NCBI GenBank assembly: GCA_902521325.1
Contig: CABYRE010000005.1
Span: forward strand, 9,115 to 73,114
Origin: an uncultured Alphaproteobacteria bacterium
Lineage (GTDB): Bacteria > Pseudomonadota > Alphaproteobacteria > HIMB59 > GCA-002718135
Length of the DNA stretch: 64,000 nt
Reading direction: 5' to 3'
Both the position numbers and the translations under genes were made by a program. The first letter of the stretch is position 1. The number at the start of each line of letters is the position of its first letter. Under the pieces are notes generated by a model that had not been told where the DNA came from, did no database searches, and worked only from the letters and a program-made list of their open reading frames with translations. Below, piece by piece: positions 18,687-28,333 of this stretch.

Positions 18687-19694
18687 TTAAATTTTGACTA
18701 ACATTTTACCTAAATTTTTACCATTAAGCAGATCAATAAATGCTTTAGGAGCATTTTCTATATTTTGATAAATTGTTTCTTTAAATTTTATTTTTCCTTC
18801 TGAAATCCAATTTCGCATATCAGTTTCAAAAGGCTCATTATCATTTTCATGATCAAAAATTAAAAAACCTTTTATTGTTAATCTTTTTACTAATACGTGA
18901 GCCATATTTTTTAGTCCAGCAGGAGCAGAAGTTGAATTCATTTGAGAAATCCTTCCGCAAATAATAATTCTTCCAAAATTTTTCATTCGAAAAATTACAG
19001 ACTCTAAAAAATCACCTCCAACATTATCAAAGTATAAGTCAAATCCTTCAGGACAAATTTCTTTAAGGTGAAGAACAAGGTTATCAATTTTTTTATAATT
19101 AAATGCTTCATCAACATTTAATTCATTTTTTAACCAATCAACTTTTTCATCTGATCCTGTACTAGCATAAACTTTACATCCTAAATTTTTTGCAATTTGA
19201 CAAACTGTTGATCCAACACTTCCACCTGCTGAAGATACAAGAATAGTTTGTCCTTTTTGTATTTTTCCATGATTAAAAAGACCGATGTATGCAGTCTGCC
19301 CTGTCATTCCTAAAGGTCCCAGATAAGCTTGCAATGGAAGATCAGTATTTTTAATTTTTTTTAAATCACTGCTTTTACAAATGAAGTTATCTCTCATTCC
19401 AAAATTACTGAAAACAATATCTCCTTCTTTAAATTCTAAATCTCTGGATTTTTGGACTGAACCAATCGCGTAACCTTCCATTTCTTCCCCTAGTAAAAAG
19501 GGCGGTTTATAATTTTTACGTTCTGTCATTCTTGCTCTCATATACGGATCAACAGATATCCATGAATTAAGAACATGAATATTATTTGTTTCATCTAACT
19601 CTAAAGTTTTAGATTTAATTTCAAAATCATCTTCTTTAGGTAATCCAGTTGGGATATAATTTTTTAAAGCTACATATTTTGAGATTATTTTCAT
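18687..19694 (-). CDS. NADP-dependent oxidoreductase (CurA/YncB, prostaglandin reductase-like MDR)
   Basis: SVDPYMRARM, LGMTGQTAY, SSAGGSVGS, YFDNVGG, NLGKMLV. Confidence 0.9.
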   Translation of the reverse strand: MKIISKYVALKNYIPTGLPKEDDFEIKSKTLELDETNNIHVLNSWISVDPYMRARMTERKNYKPPFLLGEEMEGYAIGSVQKSRDLEFKEGDIVFSNFGMRDNFICKSSDLKKIKNTDLPLQAYLGPLGMTGQTAYIGLFNHGKIQKGQTILVSSAGGSVGSTVCQIAKNLGCKVYASTGSDEKVDWLKNELNVDEAFNYKKIDNLVLHLKEICPEGFDLYFDNVGGDFLESVIFRMKNFGRIIICGRISQMNSTSAPAGLKNMAHVLVKRLTIKGFLIFDHENDNEPFETDMRNWISEGKIKFKETIYQNIENAPKAFIDLLNGKNLGKMLVKI

Positions 19695-19696
19695 AA

Positions 19697-20617
19697 TTAT
19701 AATTTATATTTTTTCTTTAATTCTAGCAAATCTATTAAGAAATTATCTCTTATGTTACTTAAATCTTTTATAGAATGATTATTTGATTGTTTTTTTGTTC
19801 CTTTGATGATTTTTTCTTTAAGTTTTTTTGATAATTTTGGAGACTTGAGTTTAGTCCATGGAAGTTTCAATGCTGGTCCAAATTGATCTAACATGTGTTT
19901 CATACCCATTTCTCCTCCAGCTAGATGAAATGTAAGAAAAGTTCCCATTAGAGCCCACCTCATACCAGGACCATAAGTAATCGCTTCATCTAAATCTTTT
20001 GTTGAAGCAAATCCATCATTTACAATATGTAATCCCTCTCTCCATAAAGCTTCTTGTAATCTATCAGATAAAAAGCCTGGCAATTCTTTTTCTACCAATA
20101 ATGTTTTCATTTTAATTTTTTGATAAAATTTTTTTGCTTTATTAAGATATAAATTTGTAGTTTTTTTCCCTTTTACAATTTCAACCAATGGGAGAATATA
20201 TACAGGGTTAAAGGGGTGCGCTATGATTAATCTTTTTGGATTAATACATTTCGATTGTAAATCTGATGGAAGTAAACCAGATGAACTTGAAGCAATTATT
20301 GAATTTGATGGTGAATATTTACTTATATTTTTTATAACCTCTTTTTTTAAAGATAGTCGTTCAGGTACATTTTCCTGAATTAAATCTACATTTTTCACTG
20401 CTTCCTCAATATTGTCTACGATTTCCAAATTTTTGAAATTGATTTTTGTATTATATAATTTTTTTATAATTAAGTTTGTTCTTGTTATTTCATCTTTCAG
20501 AAAATTTATTTGTTGAGAATTTTTATCAAATGTTTTGACTTTTATACCATTAGCTAGAAATCTAAGTATCCAGCCAGTACCAATTACACCAGTTCCAATG
20601 ACAGCAATATTTTTCAA
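19697..20617 (-). CDS. lcdH: L-carnitine 3-dehydrogenase (3-hydroxyacyl-CoA DH family, single domain)
   Basis: IGTGVIGTGW, QENVPE, SSSSGL, HPFNPVY.LPLVE, DRLQEALWRE, GPGMRWA.MG.F.TFHLAGGE.GM.HM..QFGPAL..PWTKL; neighbours BKACE and a thioesterase. Confidence 0.8.
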   Translation of the reverse strand: MKNIAVIGTGVIGTGWILRFLANGIKVKTFDKNSQQINFLKDEITRTNLIIKKLYNTKINFKNLEIVDNIEEAVKNVDLIQENVPERLSLKKEVIKNISKYSPSNSIIASSSSGLLPSDLQSKCINPKRLIIAHPFNPVYILPLVEIVKGKKTTNLYLNKAKKFYQKIKMKTLLVEKELPGFLSDRLQEALWREGLHIVNDGFASTKDLDEAITYGPGMRWALMGTFLTFHLAGGEMGMKHMLDQFGPALKLPWTKLKSPKLSKKLKEKIIKGTKKQSNNHSIKDLSNIRDNFLIDLLELKKKYKL

Positions 20618-20618
20618 A

Positions 20619-21509
20619 TTAAAAATGTTTTTTTAGTTTTAATTTCTCTCTTGTCTGTTGTGGTGATAAAATAGAAGCTCCCATATCTTCAACAATGCAT
20701 CTTGCCTTTTCAACTAACTGAGCATTTGATGCAAAAACTCCTTTTTTTAAATAAAGATTATCTTCCAGTCCAACACGAACATTTCCTCCTAAAATAACCG
20801 CTTGTGCAGCCATTGGCATTTGAGATCTTCCTATTCCAAATCCAGACCAAAAACCTTCACTAGGTACCATTTCAGCCATCGCTTTCATTGCACTTGTTGT
20901 TGCTGGTGATCCCCAAGGTATACCAAGGCATATTTGATAAAAAGGAGGGCCATCAATTAAACCTTCTTTATAAAGTTGGTTAGCAAACCATAAATGACCC
21001 ATTTCAAAAGCTTCCATTTCCGGTTTCACTCCAAGCCCCTGCATTTTTTTTGCCGCAGCTCTTAGTTGTATCGGTGTATGAATAAATGTCATGTTTGAGT
21101 CACCAAAATTTAGTGATCCGCAATCTAAAGTACAAATTTCAGGTAATAACTCTTCAACATGTTCTAATCTGCTTAATGCATCGATCATATCTGTATTTGC
21201 TCCCACCGGATTTAAAGGATCTTTTCCAGTCCCAACTTCAAAATCACCACCCATACCTGTTGTAAAATTTAAAACTACATCAGTTTCAGAAGAACGAATT
21301 CTATCTGCTACTTCTTTATAATAACTTAAATTTCTAGAAGGTTTGCCATCAGGCTCCCTTACATGTATATGCGCTATTGCTGCACCTGCTTTAGCTGCTT
21401 CAATTGAAGCATCAGCAATTTGTTTTGGTGTTATAGGTAATTCAGGATGTTTACCTGCTGTATCACCAGATCCTGTTACAGCACATGAAATTATCACTTC
21501 ATTATTCAT
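20619..21509 (-). CDS. Beta-keto acid cleavage enzyme (BKACE/Kce family), likely 3-dehydrocarnitine cleavage (CdhC-like)
   Basis: [41 protein letters not shown]. Confidence 0.88.
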   Translation of the reverse strand: MNNEVIISCAVTGSGDTAGKHPELPITPKQIADASIEAAKAGAAIAHIHVREPDGKPSRNLSYYKEVADRIRSSETDVVLNFTTGMGGDFEVGTGKDPLNPVGANTDMIDALSRLEHVEELLPEICTLDCGSLNFGDSNMTFIHTPIQLRAAAKKMQGLGVKPEMEAFEMGHLWFANQLYKEGLIDGPPFYQICLGIPWGSPATTSAMKAMAEMVPSEGFWSGFGIGRSQMPMAAQAVILGGNVRVGLEDNLYLKKGVFASNAQLVEKARCIVEDMGASILSPQQTREKLKLKKHF

Positions 21510-21551
21510 TATTTTAAACTACTATATTTTTTAAATTAATAAAGAAAAACA

Positions 21552-22019
21552 ATGAAGATATATTTAAATTCAGGAAGAGTTAAAAAGGAATGGACTGATT
21601 ACAATGGTCATATGAATTTGGCATTTTATATTCATCTTTTTGATACCGGATGGGAAGTTCTTTTACAAAAATTTAATATGGGTGAAACTTCTGCAAAAAC
21701 AGAGAAGAAAACCACATTTGCAGTAGAGTCACACACAACTTATGACAAAGAAGTGAAAGAGGGTGATGAAGTAGATATTAATTTGTTATTTCTTGATAGG
21801 GATAAAAAAAGATTAATTTATAAATTAGAAATGACACATAAGCTTGAAGGTTATAGAGCAGCAACAACAGAGGTTTGTTCTTTATATGTTGATTTAAATA
21901 TTAGAAAAGTTTCTGAATTAGAATTAGAAAAACAAAAAAATATAGACAAATTTATTCAAGAAAATAAAAATAACTTTGATGCAGGTAACCTTACACTAAT
22001 CAATAAGCTAAAAAAATAA
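21552..22019 (+). CDS. Thioesterase, 4HBT family (betainyl-CoA thioesterase CdhB-like)
   Basis: EWTDYNGHMNLAFY, FAVESH..Y..EV, LYVDL. Confidence 0.8.
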   Translation: MKIYLNSGRVKKEWTDYNGHMNLAFYIHLFDTGWEVLLQKFNMGETSAKTEKKTTFAVESHTTYDKEVKEGDEVDINLLFLDRDKKRLIYKLEMTHKLEGYRAATTEVCSLYVDLNIRKVSELELEKQKNIDKFIQENKNNFDAGNLTLINKLKK

Positions 22020-22583
22020 TTATAAATTTCTATAAGGTGTTCTATTAAATATTCTTTGAACCATTGGAACAAAATCTTTTAAGGGAATTGTATCATAATT
22101 TGGATCAAATGATGCTTGATCCCATCTTTCACAAAAATCTATAGTGTCTTTAAAGAATTCATGACCTTTGAATTTATCTCTTAGATTGCTATCTTTTCCA
22201 TAATAATGATTATAGTAGTAGGCTTGAAACAAACCGTGTTGTTCTACAATCCATCTTGTTTTTTCAGACACAAACGGTTTTAATACTGCAGCGGCAAGTT
22301 CAGAATGATTAAGAGGTGCAATTTCATCACCTATATCATGCAATAAAGAGGCTACCACCATTTCTTCAGAAGCTTGTTCACGTAACGCCCTTGATGCAGT
22401 TTGAAGAGAGTGTTCTAATCGAGATACCTTATAGCCACCTAAAGAATTGTCTAAACTTTCTAGCACTCTTACTATTCTATCAGCTGTACCTTCAATAAAT
22501 TTATCTTCAAAATTAGCAAGAAGTTCATAATCCTCTTTATCGCCATGTTTCATTTCAGTGAATTTTACTTCATCTTTAGACAT
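22020..22583 (-). CDS. HD-domain metalloprotein (PhnZ/TmpB-like diiron motif)
   Basis: EHSLQTA, LLHDIGD, NHSE, EQHG, RWDQ; start taken at ATG 22583. Confidence 0.85.
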   Translation of the reverse strand: MSKDEVKFTEMKHGDKEDYELLANFEDKFIEGTADRIVRVLESLDNSLGGYKVSRLEHSLQTASRALREQASEEMVVASLLHDIGDEIAPLNHSELAAAVLKPFVSEKTRWIVEQHGLFQAYYYNHYYGKDSNLRDKFKGHEFFKDTIDFCERWDQASFDPNYDTIPLKDFVPMVQRIFNRTPYRNL

Positions 22584-22611
22584 GAAATAATTATACATAT
22601 TTTTAAATTTT

Positions 22612-23595
22612 ATGAAACTAATTCCTGAATGGTATGAACACCAATATTGTTTGATTGCTTGGCCGTGTAATAAAGATCTTTATGGTAAAATTATTAATAA
22701 GGCCAGAGATGAAGTTACAAATGTAATTAATGAAATTGCAAAAACTGAGCGTGTTATTGTATTGTCAAATAAAGAAGACATTAATGAAATTGAAAATAAA
22801 ACTGATCATAAAAATATAGACATTGTAGAATGTAAATTAGATGATTCTTGGATGCGAGATATTGCACCGATTTTTTATAACGAAGATGAAAAATTAAAAT
22901 CAATTAGTTTTGAATTTAATGGTTATGGAAAGTATCCAGATTATTTAAATGATAATAAAATATCAAAATTTATTTCAAATTATTTGAATATCCCAACAAA
23001 AATTTCTGATTTAGTCATTGAAGGAGGAGCCATAACTTATGATGATAAAAAAAATTTATTTAGCACTAAAAATGTAATATTTAATAAAAATAGAAAACAA
23101 AAACATAATAGTGAATATATTATTAAAGAATTAAAGCTCTTGTTTGACTTAAATTATATTTTTTTATTTGAAAATGGGCTAATGGAGGATGATACAGATG
23201 GTCATGTAGATAATTTATTATGCCCGATAGGAAAAAATAAATATTTAATTGCTACAACTCACAAATTAGATCCTAATTATGAAATATTAGAAAAAAACAA
23301 AGCCGATCTTATTAAATTTTTTATAGATACTAATCAGACATTTGATTTAATTGAAGTTCCTTTACCTACAAGAAAAAAGATTAATAATAAGAATATTATT
23401 AGCTCATATATAAATTTCTATTTCAGTAAAAATAAAATTATCTTACCTAAATTCAATGTTAAGGAAGACAATGAGGTAAAATTAATTTTTGAAAAGTTAT
23501 TTCCAAATCGAGAAATTATAATGTTGGAAACAGAAAATATAAATTATGGTGGAGGAAATATTCATTGTATAACAATGAATGTGCCAAAAATATGA
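22612..23595 (+). CDS. aguA: Agmatine deiminase
   Basis: DDSWMRD, EGGAI, DTDGHVD, SYINFY, GGGNIHCIT. Confidence 0.88.
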   Translation: MKLIPEWYEHQYCLIAWPCNKDLYGKIINKARDEVTNVINEIAKTERVIVLSNKEDINEIENKTDHKNIDIVECKLDDSWMRDIAPIFYNEDEKLKSISFEFNGYGKYPDYLNDNKISKFISNYLNIPTKISDLVIEGGAITYDDKKNLFSTKNVIFNKNRKQKHNSEYIIKELKLLFDLNYIFLFENGLMEDDTDGHVDNLLCPIGKNKYLIATTHKLDPNYEILEKNKADLIKFFIDTNQTFDLIEVPLPTRKKINNKNIISSYINFYFSKNKIILPKFNVKEDNEVKLIFEKLFPNREIIMLETENINYGGGNIHCITMNVPKI

Positions 23596-24449
23596 AAGTA
23601 AAAGTAGCAACATCACAATTTAAGGCTCTTAAAGGAGACTTTGATGCTAATTTAAATAAAGCAATTAGTTTAGTTGAAAAAGCTTCAAATGAAAATGTTG
23701 ATATTTTACTTCTGCAAGAATTATTTCAAGATTATTATTTTTGTTCAACAAAAAATGATCAATTTTTTGATCTTGCTATTGATTTTCCTTCCCATCCAAT
23801 GTTCGAAAAATTATCTAATATTTGTAAAGATAAAAAAATTTCATTACCAATTAGTTTTTTTCAAAAAAAAGAAAATAAGTTTTTTAACTCTCTAGTTATG
23901 ATTGATTCTTCCGGTAAATTAAGTGAAGTCTACAATAAATCTCACATCCCTGAAGGGCCTGGATATAATGAGAAGTATTATTTTGAAAAAGGCAACACAG
24001 GTTTTATGGTTTTTGACACCCCTCTAGCAAAAGTTGGCTGTGCAATTTGTTGGGATCAGTGGTTTCCTGAATGTGCAAGAATATTAACGTTGAAAGGTGC
24101 AGATTTAATTTTATATCCATCAGCAATTGGCTCTGAGCCGCACATGCCTGAATTAAATTCAAAGGATCATTGGATTAATACAATGGTAGGACATGCTGCT
24201 GCAAATCAAATCCCTATAATAACCTCGAATAGAATAGGGAAGGAGGTCGAAGCTGATATTGAATTAAATTTTTATGGTAATTCTTTTATATTGGATCATC
24301 TTGGAAATGTAATAAATCGTATGAATGATAAGGATGAGGGATTAATAACTGCGACTTTAGATTTATTAATTTCAAGAGAATATAGAAAATTATGGGGTAA
24401 CTTTAGAGACAGAAGACCCGATCTATATAAAAAAATTCTCGATTTTTAA
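23592..24449 (+). CDS. aguB: N-carbamoylputrescine amidase (nitrilase family)
   Basis: LLQELF, YNKSHIPEGPGYNEKYYF, ICWDQWFPE, YPSAIGSEP, RDRRPDLY; ATGA overlap with aguA. Confidence 0.9.
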   Translation: MKVKVATSQFKALKGDFDANLNKAISLVEKASNENVDILLLQELFQDYYFCSTKNDQFFDLAIDFPSHPMFEKLSNICKDKKISLPISFFQKKENKFFNSLVMIDSSGKLSEVYNKSHIPEGPGYNEKYYFEKGNTGFMVFDTPLAKVGCAICWDQWFPECARILTLKGADLILYPSAIGSEPHMPELNSKDHWINTMVGHAAANQIPIITSNRIGKEVEADIELNFYGNSFILDHLGNVINRMNDKDEGLITATLDLLISREYRKLWGNFRDRRPDLYKKILDF

Positions 24450-24489
24450 TTTATTTTATTTAATGTAATTTTTATTTAGGAGGGGAATA

Positions 24490-25542
24490 ATGCTTAAGTA
24501 TTTTATATCTCTATTAGTTTTAATTTCTTTTTCAGCTCAGGCTAAAGAAGAATTATTTATTTACAATTGGTCTGACTATATTGCCGAAGATACAATTGAA
24601 AATTTTGAAAATGAATTTGGCATTGATGTAACTTATGATGTTTTTGATTCAAACGAAGTTCTTGAAGCTAAACTTTTAGCTGGTGGGTCTGGCTATGATA
24701 TTGTCGTGCCTTCTGGTTCTTTTTTAGAAAACCAAATCAAGGCTGGAGTATTCCAAAAACTTGATAAATCTAAGCTTTCAAATATTGGTAATTTAGATCC
24801 TGATGTTCTTGCAAAAATTGAAGCACACGATCCAGGTGGTCAATACTCAATAAATTATATGTATGGTACTACAGGTATTGGCTATAATACTGATAAAGTT
24901 GATGAAAACGATATTACAAGTTGGAGTATTTTGTTTGATCCAGCTATTGCATCTAAGTATGAAGATTGTGGAATCGCAATGTTGGATGCCCCAACAGAGG
25001 TTATGGAAATTGCTTTGAAATATGTTGGAAAAGATCCTTATACCGAGGATGAGAAAGATTATGAGGTTGCTCTCACAATGTTGCAAGAAATTAGACCTTA
25101 TATAAGATATTTTGATTCATCTCAATATATCGATGATTTAGCAAATGGAGAGATCTGTTTGACTATGGGATGGTCTGGTGATGTTTTCCTAGCTGCTGAT
25201 GAAGCTGCAGATGGCGTAGAAGCTTGGTACTCAATTCCATCTGAAGGAACTGTAATATGGTTTGATATGATGGCTATTCCAGCTGATGCAAAAAATGTTG
25301 AGAATGCCCACAAATTTATAAATTATATTTTAAGACCTCAAGTTGCTGCTGATATTACAAACTACGTTTGGTATTCAAATCCAAATAAAGCTGCCAATGA
25401 ACTAGTTGATCCTGAAATTTTTGAAGATCCTGCTATTTATCCAGATGAAGCAACTTTAAGTATGCTTTTTGCTGATACTGCAGACTCTCCGAAAAAATCT
25501 AAATTATCAACTAAATATTTTAATAAATTTAAAGCAAATTAA
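24490..25542 (+). CDS. potF: Putrescine/polyamine ABC transporter substrate-binding protein
   Basis: YNWSDYI, DVFDSNEVLEAKLLAG.SGYD, GTTGIGYN, DLANGEIC..MGWSGD, WFDMMAIP; AGGAGG RBS. Confidence 0.9.
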   Translation: MLKYFISLLVLISFSAQAKEELFIYNWSDYIAEDTIENFENEFGIDVTYDVFDSNEVLEAKLLAGGSGYDIVVPSGSFLENQIKAGVFQKLDKSKLSNIGNLDPDVLAKIEAHDPGGQYSINYMYGTTGIGYNTDKVDENDITSWSILFDPAIASKYEDCGIAMLDAPTEVMEIALKYVGKDPYTEDEKDYEVALTMLQEIRPYIRYFDSSQYIDDLANGEICLTMGWSGDVFLAADEAADGVEAWYSIPSEGTVIWFDMMAIPADAKNVENAHKFINYILRPQVAADITNYVWYSNPNKAANELVDPEIFEDPAIYPDEATLSMLFADTADSPKKSKLSTKYFNKFKAN

Positions 25543-25557
25543 AAAATATACTTCATT

Positions 25558-25587
25558 TCAGCACTAATATATTAATATTAGTGCTGA
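25558..25587 (+). terminator. Hairpin between potF and potG (mRNA stabiliser or partial terminator)
   Basis: TCAGCACTAATAT-ATTA-ATATTAGTGCTGA, 13-bp stem. Confidence 0.65.
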
Positions 25588-25593
25588 TTTAAG

Positions 25594-26661
25594 ATGGATA
25601 ATAATTTTCTTGTAATTGAAAATATTTCTAAATCCTTTGGAGATAACAAAGTTTTAGAAAATATTAATTTAAATATTTCAAAATCTGAATTTTTTGGTCT
25701 CTTAGGATCTTCGGGTTCAGGCAAAACTACATTACTAAGAATACTAGGTGGATTTGAGAAGCCAGATACAGGACGTGTAATACTTGACGGAATGGACATA
25801 ACAAACCTTGAACCTTTTGATAGACCATTAAACTATATGTTTCAATCGTATGCTCTATTTCCTCACTTAAACGTATTTAATAATTTAGCTTTTGGAATAA
25901 AAGAAAATTTTACCCAAAAAGAAATTGAAATAAATGTAAGAAATATTGCTGAACTTTTATATATTGAACATTTGTTAAATAGAAGAATTAAGCAACTATC
26001 AGGCGGAGAACAGCAAAGAGTTGCCCTTGGAAGGTGCTTAATAAAAAAACCTAAGTTATTATTATTAGATGAGCCTCTTGCAGCACTAGATAAAAAACTA
26101 AGATCAAAAACACAATTAGAGTTAACAACACTCCAAAAGAAGTTAAAAATTACGTTTGTTTTTGTCACCCATGATCAGGAAGAGGCAATGTCCTTATCTG
26201 ATAGAATGGCAATAATGAAGAATGGTCTTATTTTGGAATGTTCTAGCCCTGAAGAGATTTATGAAAATCCTAAAAGTCTTTATACTGCCAATTTTATAGG
26301 AATTGCAAATATAATTGAGATTTACAAGAAAGATAAAAATTTTTATTCTGATAATTTAGGTATAAATTTTAAATTAAACAAAGAATTAAAAAATACGAAA
26401 ACTAATATTTTACTAAGACCAGAGAAAATAAAAATACAATCAATCAATAATTTGAAAACAAGTTCATTTAATTCCTTTAGTGGGGAAATTTTAGAAAAAT
26501 CATATTTGGGAAGCTTTACTCGTTATGAAATTAAAATTAATAATATGATAATTTCAGTTTTAGATCAGAATTTTAACTCCAACTCAAATTATAATTTCCC
26601 AAAAGGGGAAAAAGTAATTTGTAGTTGGGAAAGTGAATCAATTAAGATTTTAGAGGATTAA
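25594..26661 (+). CDS. potG: Polyamine ABC transporter ATPase
   Basis: GSSGSGKTT, FQSYALFPH, LSGGEQQRVAL, LLDEPL.ALDKKLR. Confidence 0.88.
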   Translation: MDNNFLVIENISKSFGDNKVLENINLNISKSEFFGLLGSSGSGKTTLLRILGGFEKPDTGRVILDGMDITNLEPFDRPLNYMFQSYALFPHLNVFNNLAFGIKENFTQKEIEINVRNIAELLYIEHLLNRRIKQLSGGEQQRVALGRCLIKKPKLLLLDEPLAALDKKLRSKTQLELTTLQKKLKITFVFVTHDQEEAMSLSDRMAIMKNGLILECSSPEEIYENPKSLYTANFIGIANIIEIYKKDKNFYSDNLGINFKLNKELKNTKTNILLRPEKIKIQSINNLKTSSFNSFSGEILEKSYLGSFTRYEIKINNMIISVLDQNFNSNSNYNFPKGEKVICSWESESIKILED

Positions 26662-27549
26662 TTGAAAAATAAATTATTTGAAAAATATTTCGTTTTTAGT
26701 CCTTACTTTTGGCTCGTTCTATTTTTTTTTATTCCATTAGCTATAATTTTTAAAATATCAATTTCGATATCAGAATGGGGAATGCCTCCTTATCAAGATA
26801 TTTTTCTTTTTGATAATGGATTAAAGATAAATACTACATTTGAAAACTATGTTTATATATTTAGTGATTTTTACTACATTGGATCTTTTTTAAACTCTAT
26901 GATTCTAGCTCTAATATCTACTATTTTTTGTTTACTTATTGGTTTCCCGTTAGCTTTTTATATTGCGACTTCAAATATAAGATTAAGAAATATCTTATTA
27001 GTTTTAGTAGTTATTCCATTTTGGTCATCATTTTTATTAAGAGTATATGCATGGAAAATAATTTTACAGAATAATGGAATTTTAAATGTAATACTTCTAA
27101 ACCTAGGCATAACATCTGAGCCACTTCAATTATTATACAATCAATATGCTGTCATCATGGGAATTGTATACACTTACTTACCTTTGATGATTTTACCACT
27201 CTACGGGTACTTAAATAAATTTGATTTAAATTTAATTGAAGCGTCAAAAGATTTAGGACTAAATCGTTTTAAAACCTTTTTTAAAGTTATACTTCCTTTG
27301 TCTGTTCCAGGAATTGTTGCTGGATCTTTATTAGTTTTCATACCTGTTGTTGGAGAATTTATTATACCTGAAATGTTAGGCGGTAGTGATAGATTGTATT
27401 ATGGAAAGATATTATGGGAGGAATTCTTTGTTAATAGAAATTGGCCGGGTGCTAGTGCTTTAGCTTTTAGTGGAATTATAATTTTGGTTTTACCAATTGT
27501 TATTTTTCAAATACTTTATTCTCGTTGGAGTCAAAAAAATGAAATCTAG
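26662..27549 (+). CDS. potH: Polyamine ABC transporter permease
   Basis: PFWSSFLLRVYAW, YTYLPLMILPLY, EASKDLG, GEFIIPEMLGG. Confidence 0.88.
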   Translation: MKNKLFEKYFVFSPYFWLVLFFFIPLAIIFKISISISEWGMPPYQDIFLFDNGLKINTTFENYVYIFSDFYYIGSFLNSMILALISTIFCLLIGFPLAFYIATSNIRLRNILLVLVVIPFWSSFLLRVYAWKIILQNNGILNVILLNLGITSEPLQLLYNQYAVIMGIVYTYLPLMILPLYGYLNKFDLNLIEASKDLGLNRFKTFFKVILPLSVPGIVAGSLLVFIPVVGEFIIPEMLGGSDRLYYGKILWEEFFVNRNWPGASALAFSGIIILVLPIVIFQILYSRWSQKNEI

Positions 27550-28333
27550 TTTAATTAAAAGTACAGTTATTTTTTTAGGTTTATTTTTTTTATATTTCCC
27601 AATTTTAGTTTTAATTTTTTACTCATTTAACGAAAATAAGAGAGTAATGGTTTGGAAAGGATTTTCTTTAAGATGGTACAATGAATTATTTACTAATGAA
27701 CAAATAATTGAGTCATTTATTATTAGTATTAAAATTGCAGCTTTTTCTGCAACGTTTGCTACAATTTTAGGAGTTATGATTGGATATTCACTTGTAAGAA
27801 TAAGAAAAATTCCTTTTAGATCATTTTATATTTTTCTTTCTTCAACACCTTTGGTTTTACCAGAATTAATTTTAGGTCTTTCAATGTTACTTTTTTTTAT
27901 AAGCTTAAATAATGTAATTGGATTTCCATCATCTAGAGGACAATTAACTATTTTTATATCTCACGTTACTTTTTGTATTGCATTTGTGGCAATTATTATT
28001 CAAGCCAGATTAACTGACTTTAACAAAAATATTGAGGAAGCTGCTATGGATCTAGGCTATAATTATACCAAGGTGCTCTATAAGATAACTTTACCAATAA
28101 TTTTGCCTTCTATTATTGCTGGTTGGTTACTAGCTTTTACAATTTCTTTAGATGATCTAGTAGTTGCGAGTTTTACTACTGGTCCTGGAGCTAACACATT
28201 GCCAATTGTAGTTTTTTCTAAAGTCAGATTAGGATTGAGTCCTGAAGTGAACGCATTATCAGCAATTTTAATGTTTGCTTTGATAATAATTGGTTTATTT
28301 TATTTTTATTTTAATAAAAAATTTAAACATTAA
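27539..28333 (+). CDS. potI: Polyamine ABC transporter permease
   Basis: YSFNE, EEAAMDLG, AFTISLDDLVV, KVRLGLSPEVNAL; start moved to ATG 27539. Confidence 0.88.
   Translation: MKSSLIKSTVIFLGLFFLYFPILVLIFYSFNENKRVMVWKGFSLRWYNELFTNEQIIESFIISIKIAAFSATFATILGVMIGYSLVRIRKIPFRSFYIFLSSTPLVLPELILGLSMLLFFISLNNVIGFPSSRGQLTIFISHVTFCIAFVAIIIQARLTDFNKNIEEAAMDLGYNYTKVLYKITLPIILPSIIAGWLLAFTISLDDLVVASFTTGPGANTLPIVVFSKVRLGLSPEVNALSAILMFALIIIGLFYFYFNKKFKH

Noticed and set aside
18687-19694. acuI (acryloyl-CoA reductase) as a partner of dmdA
   Set aside because: The motifs (SVDPYMR, YFDNVGG) fit the CurA/prostaglandin reductase-like family rather than YhdH/AcuI.
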